NCBI GenBank assembly: GCA_964036045.1
Contig: OZ038378.1
Span: 185,938,001 to 186,002,000, forward strand
Origin: Eutreptiella sp. 'Long Island Sound 2002'
Lineage: Eukaryota > Protista > Euglenida
Direction: 5' to 3'
Length of the DNA: 64,000 nucleotides
The notes beneath the pieces were generated by a model, which had not been told where the DNA came from, did no database searches, and saw only the letters and a list, made by a program, of their open reading frames with translations. Shown here one piece after another: positions 10,966 through 43,249 of the stretch. The position numbers and the translations under genes are program-made. Within the stretch, counting starts at the first letter, position 1; every line of letters begins with the position of its first letter.

Positions 10966-12242
10966 TGCGTGTGGCGGTGAGGACCGCGCGGGGCCGCATC
11001 TGGGCCCCGCTGTCGCTCGTCGGTAGCGGGTGCCAAAAACAGGGCAAGTGACGGTCTAGACCCCAGACGGGGGCAGAGTTGCAAGGTGGATAAAGAGGTG
11101 GGTGGCTGGATGGGCGGGGCAGGGTTGGACAAATCAGGGTGACTATGAAAATTGGGTAGCAAAAGAGGTGGCCTCAATAGATTGTTGGGCAGAGAAAGAT
11201 GATGAGCCAACTGATGGGGCTTCCGTGGCGGCCATGAAGCGCTGGTGCAAAGCCATCAAATGAACTCAGCACCAAGCAGGTGATGCTTGACGTTGCACTG
11301 CGTGCACACCACATGCAAAGGCACCCCCTGCTGATGTGATAAATGAGATACATGAGAGATGACGGGTTAGGCATGCGCAGCGTGTCTTGCTATGTGCAAT
11401 GCTGTCTCCAATGTACAAGAAGCACTCCATGCAGTATAAGCAGACGTAAATGGAACGTGTGGGCAGTCAGGCCACTCCCTTCAAGAGGGACAGAACGAGG
11501 TCATGTGGGTCAGCTGTCACAGCTCATGATGCCTGGCCAGGCGGCAACGAGGTCGAACCCCATATGGGGCGTGAGCGTTGAATTGAGTCAGCTGAGCCAA
11601 GCCGGAATGGTTCACTGGTGCCTGGAGATCGCCCAGGCGTTCTCCCTCTACCGTACTGTTAGGCGTCCCTTTTTTTGTTTCAAGCAGCAATCTGGGAGGG
11701 GAAGTCACACGCTTCTGCTCAATGGGAGACCGTGGGCGGCAGGTTTCAAGGCTGGGCTCCTGCTGCAGAGATGCTGAGCGAAGGCTGTTGGATGCGAACC
11801 TGGTGGGCGTTGGACGCTGACGAATGCCTGCAGGCTTCCGGGTGGCGTTCAAAGAGGGGGTTCCTTCGCGCAGGGAAGAACATCTCATTGATTTACGCTT
11901 GCCCCAACAAATGCGCACACCGCCACGGAGAGTTTAATAAACTACCCGCATATGCCTATATGTACCCATATGTCTATTCCTTATCCATGAGAAGCTGTAG
12001 ATGGACGTATTACCAGGTGATTTGAATTGGCCATTAACCACCGGCGGTTGGCAGCCAACCGCCAACCCAAAGGGCTGTCCTAAAGGGGCGGTCCTTATTG
12101 AAAATTGAAAGAAAAAAATCTTTGTCAAAGAGCCCCCCTGCCGTCAAAGAGACGCTATGGCCTGCTCGGGGTCAACTGAAAGCGTTTGGTGCCTCACTGA
12201 CGTCATCCAGAGCTACAGAGGTCAAAGTTAAAATGGCACAAG

Positions 12243-13440
12243 ATGAGGTTGAATAGAGGTCAATTGACAGCAGTTGTCATGGTGGAAGGCTTAGAGAAAG
12301 ACTGGGGCGAGATGGAGGCGTGTGCAGGATATCCCGAATCGAGAAACAGGATCCTCAGCTGTGCCCCCCACACGCTCACAATATGTACCGCGTGGCTGAG
12401 CCATGAGGACCCATCAATTTACCACAACCTGCTGCCACCGGCCTGCTATGCATGCCTTCCCCATGCGTTTGCAATGCACACCCTTCCCTTATCTGAGCTG
12501 TGCCACACCTATACAGCGGATTGAACAACAGGACCGGTGGTGTCGCACGCAGCACCAGTCAGGGACAGGGCCGTAAAAGACCACGCAGGGTGGGCCAAAA
12601 ATTGCGTGAAAGGCTGCAAAGAACAACCGGAACACTCAGAGCGGGACTCAAGAGAGGTGCAAGGTGTTTTGGGCATGGAAATCAAAGCATGCACATTCGC
12701 CAATGCCGGGTCTCTGCCTGGACAGAAAAAGGGCTCTGGCATGCAACAACTGCCAAACTCGTATTTACAGGCATGGCTCGCACACAATACTTCTGCTGCT
12801 CCGTGCCGTTGGGGTCCAAAGTCGCACAAATGCCAATCGACCGCCATGTGAATGTGAACGAGGCATGGGCATACCCTGAGGCTGTGCCCGTGGCGAAGTA
12901 AGCGCCAGGGGAAGGGGTGTCTTCAACAAGCACCTGGCCAGAGGCACACCCCACGAACCCCATGGGACTGGAATACCCTGCGGCATCGGAAAGCCACAGT
13001 CAGGACACAGCAAGGCACTGCGAACAGACCATGGCATCTTTCAGTACGAGAAACAAAGGTGGGGTAGCCCCCTTAGAATGCTCCCGCAGTGGGAAACAAA
13101 TGGCCCACCCGGGGACATCTGGCTCAAGCATTCACCCTGCAAGACACGGTCATGTGCCGAAAAAACCACTAGTATCAACCCAACGATGCGTGCTATGGGC
13201 CGCTGTAACAGCGTCACCAGTGGAGCGCACGTACTGCACAAGCATGTTTGGAGAAATAGGCGGTACGCATACTGTGAATGCAGCAGAATGTGGTTCCCTG
13301 CCGTCCCTCTGTGCAATACATCAAATGCCCTGAAGTACAAAAAGTGCCTAAAAGATGCCGGATTCCCTCATGTGTTGGAGTACTTTGGTCCCAGACCGCA
13401 CCACGCATGCAGGACCGCACAAAGTCGGACGAATGCTTGA
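12243..13440 (+). mobile_element. Degenerate LINE-like ORF2 C-terminal region
   Basis: One frame runs about 400 codons with scattered stops and Cys/His-rich segments. Resemblance only; no RT core is present. Confidence 0.25.
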
Positions 13441-15164
13441 ACCTGTGGGATATCCCAAGGCAGCACATTCCAGGACAGGCCTGAACCCTGGCGCAGACAA
13501 AAAAATAGGATCCGGAACAGCCACGCCCCGAAATGGCAAAAACAAACAAAAAAGAAACCGAAGAGAAACAGAAGTATTGGCGAAAGCATGACATGCAAAA
13601 AGCACGTTTTAAGTACCCCGTTAAAGTCCCTTTTTTTTTGCAATCAACGACAGTGCGGAATGTTATTATGAGAAGAACCAACTGTTCGCAGGCATGGCCA
13701 GGCCCTCTGTTCTACCACACACCGGCTCACAAGCATGACATCTTACACGCTTGACCACAAAAGCCAGTCAGCAAAAACGTAGTCAGAAAAAGTACGGTCG
13801 GATAGGGTTGGCGTGCTAGCGCCACGCGGGCCCAAACAAATCACAATGAGACTGCATCCCCTGGGGTTTCTGCTTGTATGGCTCGTTCCAGTCTGCAGCG
13901 CAAAAGGGATGAAGGCGGGGGTGCCAGTGCACTGTGGCTCCCGCACTCATACTGAAGCCACCACAAAACAGTGGCACAGACTTGCATGGCCGAAAGATGC
14001 CGCCTCTGCTGCGGTCATCCTATGGCAGTCCTTCGAGTATCACATCACAGGACTGAGACTGAGCTGAACTGACTGTGTGTGCTACTGGAAAAAGTGGAGA
14101 GGACGAAATTCCAGAACCCGAGAGTGTGGATGATAGCTGCAGGCTGGGTCCCACGTTACGTTCAATTCGTGGTTCCAGGGCCCCAGGCACTCCCCCATTT
14201 GATTCTCGGGATTGTCTCGGTGGGTGTGATCTTGTTCGCGTTGCTTTAGATTGTTCTTCCGCTCTTTGGTCAGTGGTGCCCAGCCATTCGCCCTGAGGCT
14301 TGCTGCTGCCGTGTCGCACTGTTGGTACGTAGAGCAGAGTAGCTCCCGCGGCGGCATCCCCGGCCATACTCTCCCCAGAGTGCCAGGCCCCCAGAGGTCC
14401 CCAGGGTGCACTGCGCTCAGTGCAATTCAACGGCTGTCGGGACCACGTGCTGCGGGCCTGGATGGACATGAGGTCCTTGCTGTCGTCAGCTTTTGTCCCT
14501 TCGTATGGCTTGCTTATGGTTGGCTGCTTTGCGTATCCCCCTCACTCTGCGACAGGGAGTCGAACTTGCATCACTGCCTGTATGTATGCCCTCCCTCTGA
14601 CTGGGAAAAGGTCCGGAGACGCAGGAAGGCAAAAGTGGGGGGAAAGGCACGAAGACCCTGCTCGTGCAAAAAGCTTTGGCCCCCATTCCCTTGGATCTCT
14701 ACCCCCCTTGTGAGAACAACGATAAAGGCACTGAAACTGACAGCAACAACGCCTCCTGTTGTGCTGACGAGGGCTTGTTTACGTGCACCGTGGAAAGCCA
14801 CTGATGGTGTCTTTTCACAACCTCAGTGCCCGGTCCATGTACGATGACCTGCCTACCTGAACAACCCGACATGTGGCAGCAAGTGGCAGCACAGCAATCC
14901 GCATCCCCAAAATACTATCTGCAGCCCCAAATGACATAAAAAACTTGATCTTCACGGACAACGAGACATGTGACCGTCAAACTCCGCGGTTCCAAAAGTT
15001 TCCGATGCAACACCTCGTCGTTCTGACAAGAGCGTTGTTCTCGCAAAGAGCGGAGGTACGATGACAGCATTTGGGGGCGTTTCTGCACAGCGCGGGCACA
15101 GCACCCAATGGGATATTAGCTTTCCCGTGACCACCCTGAAAAACACCCACCACCAGAAAGCATA

Positions 15165-15482
15165 CCCCGTCCCCCCCTTGTCCTAGCTACACAAAAGTCC
15201 CAAATTAATGCGGTCCATACGCCTACTGTAGGCGTAGCTTGCGCGCGACACATACAAATACTGACACACACGTGAGTGAGCGCATGGGGGGATATGGTGC
15301 AGAAATACAAACACTCACAACAAATGTGTCCATGACCCTATGTAGCTGGCAAATTCGTCACCAAACACATGTCTTATGTGGCTGCACTACATTAGTACCG
15401 AATTAAATTTGGTCCCAAATTAATACGGTCCCCACGCTGTAGCTTGGACAAGGGCGTAGCTAGGACAAAGGGGGCGGGGGGG
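15165..15482 (-). mobile_element. MITE: internal-deletion derivative of the pogo-like element at 61151-63870
   Basis: TA-flanked with C-run/G-run TIRs (CCC..TTGTCCTAGCTA). 15179-15290 matches the reverse complement of the pogo right end, and 15307-15482 matches the reverse complement of its left end. Confidence 0.85.
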
Positions 15483-17499
15483 TACATCCACAGGGTGAAA
15501 ACAGCAGATTTAGACAGAAAACTGACAGCAATCTCGCATTTTCAATTTGGACTGAGTAAGAATCTTGGGCAGTCCTGTGTGTGGGAACACAGTGGTCACC
15601 GCAGTCACCTTGACCATCAGGGAAAACGGATCCAAATAGCCTACTTTTCGCACGGAGCGCGCACAGCGCGGACACAGCGCACGGTGCACCCCCTTTACCA
15701 TATGAATGGGGGGCTAGAATTCAGGGTGTGGCGTTTTTTTTAGAAAGCACAGGAACCGTCCAATCGAAGTGACAAGGTCAGAGGCTTATGTACACTAGAG
15801 TAGCATTCAAAATGTAGCAAGGCCACATGGTGCAGCAAAAAGGGAACCTTTGCCCTGGCGCACCCTCAAAGCGCAGCGGAGCTGTCCGTTGCTTTACCGC
15901 CAAACCCTTCCACCTCCTCATCAACACCAGCGCCCAGTGGCGGGGACTGCAAAGTGCACGGAACCCGCCATCATAGACCCAGGCAAAGCCCCCTCGAGGA
16001 GCTCGGGGTGCATCTGTCTGGATTGGAGGCCTGCAAAGCCCCCAGGGCCAAAACTGTACCCTTCCCAACTCAGCCATGATGGTTCCCCCCACAAGCCCCA
16101 ACCCCCGGGGGAACTTCTGGTAAGTGACGGTCGCCACACGTAGGGGTTGGGGGGGGAGATAAGACCGTCGAACCACCAGGCCGTTGGTAAGTAGGACCGG
16201 GTGTGAAGCACCTTACGGTCCGACAGGGCATGAGGGGATGGACCCACAGCAGTGGCCAAACCCCTTTGGGCAGGCACGCATACGGTACATGACAGCCAGC
16301 AGCAAAAAATCAATTCTTTAAAACGCGTATGTACAATAGTGCCCCATCCAAACAGCAGGTTGAAGAAGGGACTGTCCCCACCCGGAGGAGGGACGGAAAG
16401 GGGGAGAGGGTGACAAGGCGCAGGGCAGGGGGTCCAGATTTTAGGAGGACTGGTTTTGGCCCACGAGTGAACAAGCCCACCCAAACGGTTACAGTCACCT
16501 ATCCAGGGACACCAAAGCACCATCCTGCTCAGCAAAAATGAAAAACTGCACTGGGCTTTCCTGGGCAACAGGAAAGCCCAGAAGGAAAAGGACAAATCAG
16601 TATGCATCCCATACAGGCTCCGGACCAGGGTCCTACCAGGGGCTGCTTAGATAGCCCCCTGCCTTGCAGTCTCCAATAAGCCGCATGCCCCCCATGCGAC
16701 TCCCACACCGCATCAGGGACGTCACAACGCCCGGGTCTGCGTGGTCGTGGAATGGGGGTGCCTGGCGGGTGTTGGGTTCGATTTGGGACCGAGAGATGTG
16801 GAGAGTGCAAAATGGTCCGCATATCATGCACCACAGCCTCACACGGCTGCCAGGCACATGAGCGGACACACACACATGCACACACGCGCACGCGTAGAGC
16901 AAACAGAACAAGTGAAACCACACACACGCGCGCGCGCGTGCGCACAAACACTATGCAAGGAGACCGAGTGGACCAACGCACTGTAAATACGGAGAGCAGG
17001 CAGAGAGCAGGCAGGCACTGGTCGCAACAGCTCATCAGGCCAACTATCAAATCGATCAAAACAAGAGAGTTTTGGTTGTCATTGAAGGCGAGGATAGACG
17101 CGACAAACAGGCAGCGGTGGACAGACACACACACACACATACCATGCACATACAAAGGCAAAGACACAGCGGAGTATCAGACGATTCTCGGCAGGCCAGC
17201 GTAAACAACAAGTGCACACCAGGGCAGGCGCCCTTTTTTGTCTGTGACAGTGACACTGAGGAAGTAGCAATGTGCGGCAGAGAGGTACACGCGCACATGG
17301 CGGTTACCAGGGCAGATGCACCAGCAGTTGCCCACACTGCAGCTGGATATACATCCTATCCCAAATGCGAATGCAGACTTGCAGACCCACGCCCAGTTTT
17401 GGTGGAGCAGACATCATGTAGATGCACTTCCTGTGGCCACAGCTGGCCCAGTAGAGAATCGGTGCCACGTCGTTGCTTGAAAACGAAACCCCTGCCCAA

Positions 17500-17768
17500 C
17501 GCCATACCACGCCACATTCTGCCACATCGCAGTACACCACACCACACCAAACCACGCCACGCCATACCACGCCACACCCATGCACGCAACACATCCCTAC
17601 ACATGTACACAACAACATGAGGTGACGATCCTGTGAGCAGTAGTATGATGTGCACAGATCTGTCAGCACAAATGTACACATACACAGACACAAAGACCCA
17701 ACCTGCATCCTTCAGCAATAAATACATGCACAATGATATCGTGATGCAATGATGCAACGACGTCGCAG

Positions 17769-17809
<41 letters not shown>

Positions 17810-18360
17810 GCACGCACGCACGCACACGCGGCCACTGGTGCATGCTGTTAACCGCCGTTCTGAGAATTGAACAGGACAGGGAATCTTGCCAAATGTACCA
17901 CAGGCGACTCTATGCTTGCCCGCAGACATTGCCATCTGTGGGCAAAGATTAATTAGATAATCCGGCTGGTCCTTTCGGTGCCATCACCGACGCAAAAGCA
18001 CACAGTAGCAGGCGCGCACTCACTCACTCATGCACACACGCACACACATACAAACAGCACACGTAGACATACAGATACACAGGACACACACCTACAAAGA
18101 AACCACATGCACGGAGATGAAACTACACGTCCGCAGAAATGCGGCAAATGACGATTTCACATATCAGAAACAACCCCTTGAAGACCATTCTACAGAGTGC
18201 AGAACCCAGAAGCGTGGCTCACGACAGGAGGGGATTTATGCAGCTGATGAGATGTCATAAGGCACCCCACCCCACCACACCACACCACACCAAACCACAC
18301 CACACCACACCACACCACATCACATTGCACTGCACCACACTACACCGCACCACAACACCC
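17500..18360. repeat. Cluster of (CACAC)n, (CA)n and (CACG)n simple repeats
   Basis: Pentamer arrays at about 17500-17580 and 18265-18355; (CA)n/(CACG)n at 17771-17828. Confidence 0.85.
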
Positions 18361-21300
18361 TGAGTTTGCAAACATTTGCCTGTTTGCGGTCCTTCTCATG
18401 GGCTTGGGTAGGGCATATGGTGTAGCAGCATTGGTTCCAACCCCATCCCCCATATGTCTCAACCAACACCGTTACACACACGCGCAGGACTGACTACACC
18501 TACGCGTTCTATGTTGCGCTCAAAACGCCTCCCTTTTGAGAGGTGCACCATTATCCCATACCCAATCAGACCACACACAAAGGCCTGCTCACATACACGG
18601 ATCTGTGCCATCCACATACAAGCACACAGATGTGCAGAAAATGTGCACCTCGGATCGAACTCAACAGGGCGGTGCCCGATTAACATTCCGCATGTGAGCT
18701 GCCTGCGTTTTGCCTGCAGGGCTGATTGGGGTTGGGGGCTGTTCCATGAAGGCTGGGGTCGGCGGGGATCCAGCCGCTGTTGCCACTTCAGTCCCTTACC
18801 GCCGAAAGCAAACCAACCGGCCGGTGTCCATTCCACATGATCCCGGCGATCAGAGGGCATTTCGGGGCACAGAACTGAAGTCGGAATCCCCGACGGCCGG
18901 TGACGGAGGCCTTCAAAGTTCATTCGCTGCCTCCTTCGTGGCTCATGCCCGGGGCCGTGGGCCAAAGAGCGGAGGCCTATGTCCCATGAGGCAACCGGTG
19001 TCTCTCGAGCGGTTGTGTGGAGGGCAACCGACGGCGGTTAGACGGCAGGCAGGGCGGTCCTTAACAAGTCCTCCGAAAAAGAAACAACTGCGTGCGATTC
19101 GACGGCGCCAGGCACAGTTGCTCGAGGTGCTTTTGCCGGCAGGTCTGCTGCTGGGCGACACGCGCAGCGTGGGGCAAACTAGACGCATTCGCATACGACT
19201 ACGGGAACACTGCCTGCGCTGCGCGGCCCGTCTCCGCCCACGTCTTCCAAACCCGTCAATATTTAGTGTCGCCAATAAAACATGCTCTGCCATTGGCCCA
19301 CAGGCACCGCTCTGCTTCGCGACGATACTTTGTTCCACAGGAGCAGAAATCCCGCCCAGTCGCCGGTAGCGGGAAGCCAGTAGCGGGAACAAAGGCCCAC
19401 CATGCACACAGAAATGGATGCCCGATGACCGGCAGCGGTCGGCAGTGTCGGAAAGCCACGACCGGATGGCGGTGGTCCGGTGAAATCCGTTGCCGGATCA
19501 ACCGATGGCGGTGACCGGCAGCCGGCAGGGTGCCGCATGACGATGGACGAATGCAAAGCCCATACTTCAGAAACCTGGCCCGAATTGAGGGAGGCCCACC
19601 GCCCACGCCCAGCCCCTGAGATGGAGGCCGAGCAGTGGCAGGAGTACTGCGATGCATCCTCCACATTTCCGTCGTCAGCCCAAGACATTTGCCCAGAGAG
19701 ACACGCCAGACCCGCTGCGGTATGACGAGATGACGAGACATGCTGCGACGGGGAGGGGCAGCTCCGAATAGCGTGTGTGTGGCGCACCGCGCGCGCGCGC
19801 GTGTGTGGGTGGGTGTGGTGTGTGGTGTTGTGGGTGTGCACGCGCTGGGGAGGGGGGCGGGGGTAAAGACCGTATTCACGAGGTGCGCCAGCACGGGTCA
19901 GCGGGGTCAGCTATCGTACAGGATTACCAGTCGCGCGCGCGTGTGCGAGCGCACGCATGCTTGAATGTCGACTTTGCAGGTCCACGTGCAGCAATGAGGA
20001 GGAGGCACACCCGCATATCCTGCAGGCCTCCCCGCAACTCCCAACAAAACGGCTCATCAGCGTCGCCACCCCCATGACCCCCACGCCACGCCCCACCGCC
20101 CGCGCTGCCCCACAAGCACCCGCCGTACCACCTGCCCTGCACGCGCGCTCGTACGCCCTGGAAGGCTCAAAAGCCCTCCACGGCCGCCGCGAGACCACGC
20201 CCTAGGCCCGGCCCCAGTGCCACCTCCGTGTCGCTCTGATTGCGCGCCGGACATCTTTTCGGGCGGATGCTTCGCGATGCAGCATGTGGAGTGGTCCACT
20301 ACCACTACCACGACCACAGACCCCGCCCCACCGAAACAACAAGAGCCAGGCAGATGCACCACGCACGACCTGTTCATCTGAGGGAGTTTCCTCCACAGGA
20401 ACTCCACCACGGATCTTCCCAGACGTCCAAATCGCTACCCACCCAAGCGCCTTCGGGAACGGTCGTTACCTCCCTTGCAGGCACGCGCTGGAGGGTCAGG
20501 CTTCCAGAGTTGCCGCAAAAGCGGTTACTGGCGGTTGGACAAGCGGTTGGGAGGCAACTTCTGCCGGGTACACACTGGTGGGGGGTCCAATGGGGGCAGA
20601 CAGAAGCGGTTGACAGGGCTGACTGTCACCCAAACGAGGTGTTGCGGGGTGAGTGGTGGCGGGGGGGGGGGGGGGTTACCCCTCCTGACCTTCTAGCGCA
20701 GGCCTGCCCCCTGGTCCCTGACCCATGGTGCGCAAATGGGACCTCCCGGCGTTTGTCACGGAATGCCCGTTGTTCCTGTGCTCGACACGGCCGGAAGGGG
20801 GGGGAATGGGGGGGAGGGGGGGGGCACGCAAAGGGGCAAGGGGAGGGAGGTTGAAAGACCAAACCGCACAGCCCGACTCCAGAACAAAAGACAACGCTGC
20901 ACACTCCAACCAACGATCCAAACAAACCAACCTCGGGTCTGCGGAAGGAACTGCCTCTGGGTGGCCTGCGGCCGCCACTTCTACAAGGCCCTGCGGCACC
21001 GCGCACCTCGCCTTCAACAATCAGGGCGCGAGATCCGAGACCTCCGGAGCCGCAACAGACGCAGACATACCGAGACGCCGAGGCGCACCGACACACCGAC
21101 ACATGCCGACAAACACCACCATCTCACAAACACACACACACACACACACACACTTATGACGCGACAAACAGGCACTCTTATGAAAGCGCGTAGTGCTCAA
21201 TTCTCGTCAGGCGCAGCGTCAAAACAGGGAGATGTTCAAACGCAGCAGTAGGCGCCTTTTTGTGAGTGGAACAGGTTGGTGATGAATCCACAAACACACT

Positions 21301-21622
21301 CTTGTAGTATACAATACAGTACAATACAAACAGTGGGTGCACACACACTCTCTGTTCGACCAAAACAGAAGTGCAAAAGAGAATTTCTCTCACTTCAGAA
21401 CAGATGCTCTGGAGTACAGGGGATGCAGTCAACAGCAGGCAATACACAGACAAACCAGGGTACAGCCCAGCTCTGACTAACACATACATGCATTACCTCA
21501 CAAACACACCCACACACACACACACACACACTCTCTCTCTCTCTTGCATTCTGACGAAGAAACAACACCTCCCGCCGCCGTCGTGTGGACGCCGATGGGC
21601 GACCAAACAACAGCAGGCGGGA

Positions 21623-39776
<18,154 letters not shown>

Positions 39777-40109
39777 CTGCAAAGATCGAACGTGCCACAC
39801 AAACGTTACCCTTTGCACAAAGCTCGTTAAAGCGCGGGTGGAACGCCACGGCTCAACCACATGGCCAAGATGTGAACAGGGGCAGCGTCGCGCAGGGGAG
39901 GGTAGTGTAGCTGGGCGCTGAGGCTGTTGAGGATCCGTTCGGTTGCCGAATACTCTCAACAGTCTTTCCCACAAGCTTTATGAATGAGCTGCGACTTGCA
40001 CTCGCCCGCTGGGTGACTAGCGACAACAAGCTGAAAAGCTTTTGCGACAACTAAAGATTTAATGCAATCAAAACACCGCCTTCCCAATGTTAAACATATA
40101 AAGCATCAC

Positions 40110-40600
40110 ATTGATGTGATGTGGTGTGACAGGCAGAAAGGCAGGGATGGTCTTGCACGCTGGAAAATGCAAGCCGGGAGGGCTGTGTGTCTAAGTACGT
40201 GTTGTGTGTAATGTGTTGCGCACCTGGTACATTTGGGCATACGCCCCCCCCCTTCCGACGGTGGCCTCAGCCTAAAGCTGTCCCGGCTCCACTTGTTGGT
40301 GCATTTGGAGTTCTCTCAACACCCACGCCATTGTGCCTCCGGGCCTGCACGGGCCTTGATGAGGCAATCCCGGGCTCTGGCGTGTGCCAACCACACCCGT
40401 TGCGACTCCAACAACACTTGCCGGATGAACTCCATCCCCATATCATGCGGCCCCGCCAACCTCAAGTGCGCCGCCCGCATGGACGCTGTTGTGATGGCTG
40501 CTAACCATTGCTCCAGGACCACTGAATCCCACAATTGGCCCTGTACCTGGGACGCTTGGGGTTCCACACAGGTGCTCAGCCATGTGTGGAGGCATTGACG
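40110..40600 (-). mobile_element. LINE-like 3'-end fragment (ORF C-terminus, 3' UTR, short CACAC tail)
   Basis: Reads GQLWDSVVLEQWLAAITTASMRAAHLRLAGPHDMGMEFIRQVLLESQRVWLAHARARDCLIKARAG, then a frameshift to TMAWVLRELQMHQQVE. It has a paralogue at 33120-33680. Confidence 0.55.
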
Positions 40601-40759
40601 GGCCGGCCGGTGTGGTGTGGTGTGGTGTGGTGTGGGGTGGTGTGTGTGGATCTTAGTAATGGAGGCATGGAAATGTAGTGCAACAGTTGCTGGACCACTT
40701 CGTGCATGACACACTGTACCCAAAGAGGGAGCGTTCAGTATTTGTGGTCTAAGCCAACA

Positions 40760-41935
40760 CAACACAACACAACACAAAAAGAAGACAAAACGAACAACAC
40801 AACAAGACACAACACAACACAACACAACACACCACGACACATCACAACATAACACAACACAACACAACACAACACAACACAGTGGTAGGAGGACGTGTTA
40901 ACACAGCCCCAACACAAATGTTGAAAAATACCTCCCCCTGTGTTGTGTCAATACAGCCTCAACACGGAGGCGAAAGATACGCCCCCCCTGCCTTTTGCCC
41001 CTCCCTCCCCCTACCTGGATTTTTGGGTTGTCCAAAAGAACGACAAAAAACCGGAGAAACTTGGATGTTACCAGAGATGCAAGGTTCCCAAGGCTGCCAG
41101 CCTCCCCACCCAAAGTGCATGGTCATCATAGATCTTGAGCAAGGAAAGCCAGTGACAAGACAAGTAGTTGATAACTCTGCATGTAAGTGTGGATTCCATG
41201 GAGCCTGGCAAAGGAACCCCCTCCTTTAGTCCACAAACCTTCCTTCATGACCACAACCATGATGCTTTTTGAACCATGATAAGGAAGCTTAATTTAAGGA
41301 CACGCTCTTTGATGGATGCGTAACATGAATTATCTAATTCTCTGTATTGCTACCAAATAGGCGTGCAAAAGTGTTGCCTACCAATGGAATGTGCATTGCG
41401 ACTGTGGTCTCTCTAGTGTCACATAACGCAGTCCTTCACCTTTGGAAGTATGTCATGCTGTTGCAAGTGCTTGCAACACCCCAAAAGAAGAACCGCGGAA
41501 AGAGACATCATGGTGTGCAAAAGCATAGGCAAATAGATTTGGCTTGAGATCACCACACCCACCACATCACACCGCACCACACCACACCGCACCGCACCAC
41601 ACCACACCACACCACACCAAACCACACCAAACCACACCACACCACACCACACCACACCACACCACACCACAACACCACACACCACACCACAACACAAGAC
41701 AACACGACACAACACAAGACACAACACACAAGACAAGACAAGACAACACAAGACAACACAACACAGCACAACACAAAACACAACACGACAGGACACGACA
41801 CCACACAACACAAGATAACACAACGCACAACACACCACACCACACCACACCACACCACAACACTCCACACCACACCACGCCACGCCACACCACACCACAC
41901 CACACCACACCACACCACACCACAACACAACACGA
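40760..41935. repeat. Pentamer microsatellite arrays (CACAA)n and (CACAC/GACAA)n
   Basis: Arrays at 40760-40880 and 41550-41935. Confidence 0.9.
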
Positions 41936-42107
41936 AATCTCCGTCTTCTTATGTTGCTATGGGGAGGGCAAGATAGGGGTACCTATTCACCTTTGGCCGG
42001 CTGTGTTGACACGCCTTTTGCCCAAAGGGGGTTCTAGTAGGATCCGCGAAATCCACGGATCACGAAAAACCTCCGAATCTAAACGCAATTTGGCTTTAGT
42101 GCTACAC

Positions 42108-42220
42108 CTGTGACATTTTCCATTCGGAATCGCTATCTCCATCGCCCGATGACCAAGATGACCGGAGCGTGTTGTCCGAATCATTGACATTGGCAAAGGC
42201 GAGAGACAACATGCCAACAC
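42108..42220 (-). CDS. Possible further upstream exon of the kinase gene
   Basis: TTGATAG acceptor, GTGTAG donor. Reads (G)VGMLSLAFANVNDSDNTLRSSWSSGDGDSDSEWKMSQ. Its connection to the other exons is not established. Confidence 0.3.
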
Positions 42221-43249
42221 CTATCAAACGGAAAATGTGAACAACAACGAGTGAACAATGGCATAAAGGTGGTGTCTCTCTTTGCCGTCCAACACAATGG
42301 AGGCATGGACAACAACAACAATAAGGCTATATCTCCTTTGCGGGGCGGGCGAGCTAAACAGAAGCAAGCAGCGTGCTATGGAACACCTCGTGTAATACCC
42401 CTCACTGCACGGGGACTGTGGTACCTCAACATCGGTTGCACTGGTTCTCCTGTTCACCCGAGTGGGCACGTAACAAATAAAGTATTTGTCACAAAATGGC
42501 ATATGAACACATGAGAGAGCCCCCCCCCCCCGGCCTTTTGTCATTCATTCTTCCGTTGCATTGGTTGCATCATGCTTACAAACCGGTCAAGGCATAATCG
42601 ATTAAACATGTGCCACAGGGCTGGGCGCCACCAGCTCGGAAAACCCTATCGGCTCCCCCAACCCCACCGAAATGGATCGGATCGAACAAATCCACAAAAA
42701 CCCCCACGCGCTGCGTGCGTAGCACTTTCCAAATCGCAACCACAACAAATCTCACAAACCTTGGAATGTCGAGACACAATGGGTATGCATGTGCACAAGA
42801 CAAGTAGACAACGCGACAAAATTGAGAGCATTGTCAACTTCCATTTGGGCTAACCATGAAAAAAATTTGCAACCTACGTGGGAAAACATGGCCCCACTAA
42901 AGATACACTGAACTTATTACTTGTTGAATGATTGGTTGAATTTTGAGGATCAGCTCTTTACGGGAAGTAGTTTCTCAAAAGCTGAAATCTCCCGTGTGAC
43001 CACTTCAACTTATCCGATGACAATGCAACCCATTCCCGTCGTCAGATGGTGGACAGGCTTATCACCGTGACCGTGGCTCGTGTCCTTGTTGCGCAACAAA
43101 TGCGGGCAACAAGGTGAAGACACCACTAGACCATGGTCTTGCTTAGAATTGGGTTTGCATTGCAAAGGGACCATGCATATTTCACACAATCTCAATGGAA
43201 AACTGGCACAAATTGCTACACACAAAACATGTGGAAAACGCGTGCACGT

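Noticed and set aside
40233-40598. Cys-rich plus-strand ORF suggesting a surface protein
   Set aside because: It is antisense to a LINE-like 3'-end fragment, and the paralogous copy is frameshifted and inverted.
41419-42113. Long Cys/Val/Trp-rich and His/Thr-rich ORFs
   Set aside because: They are artefacts of stop-free pentamer repeats.
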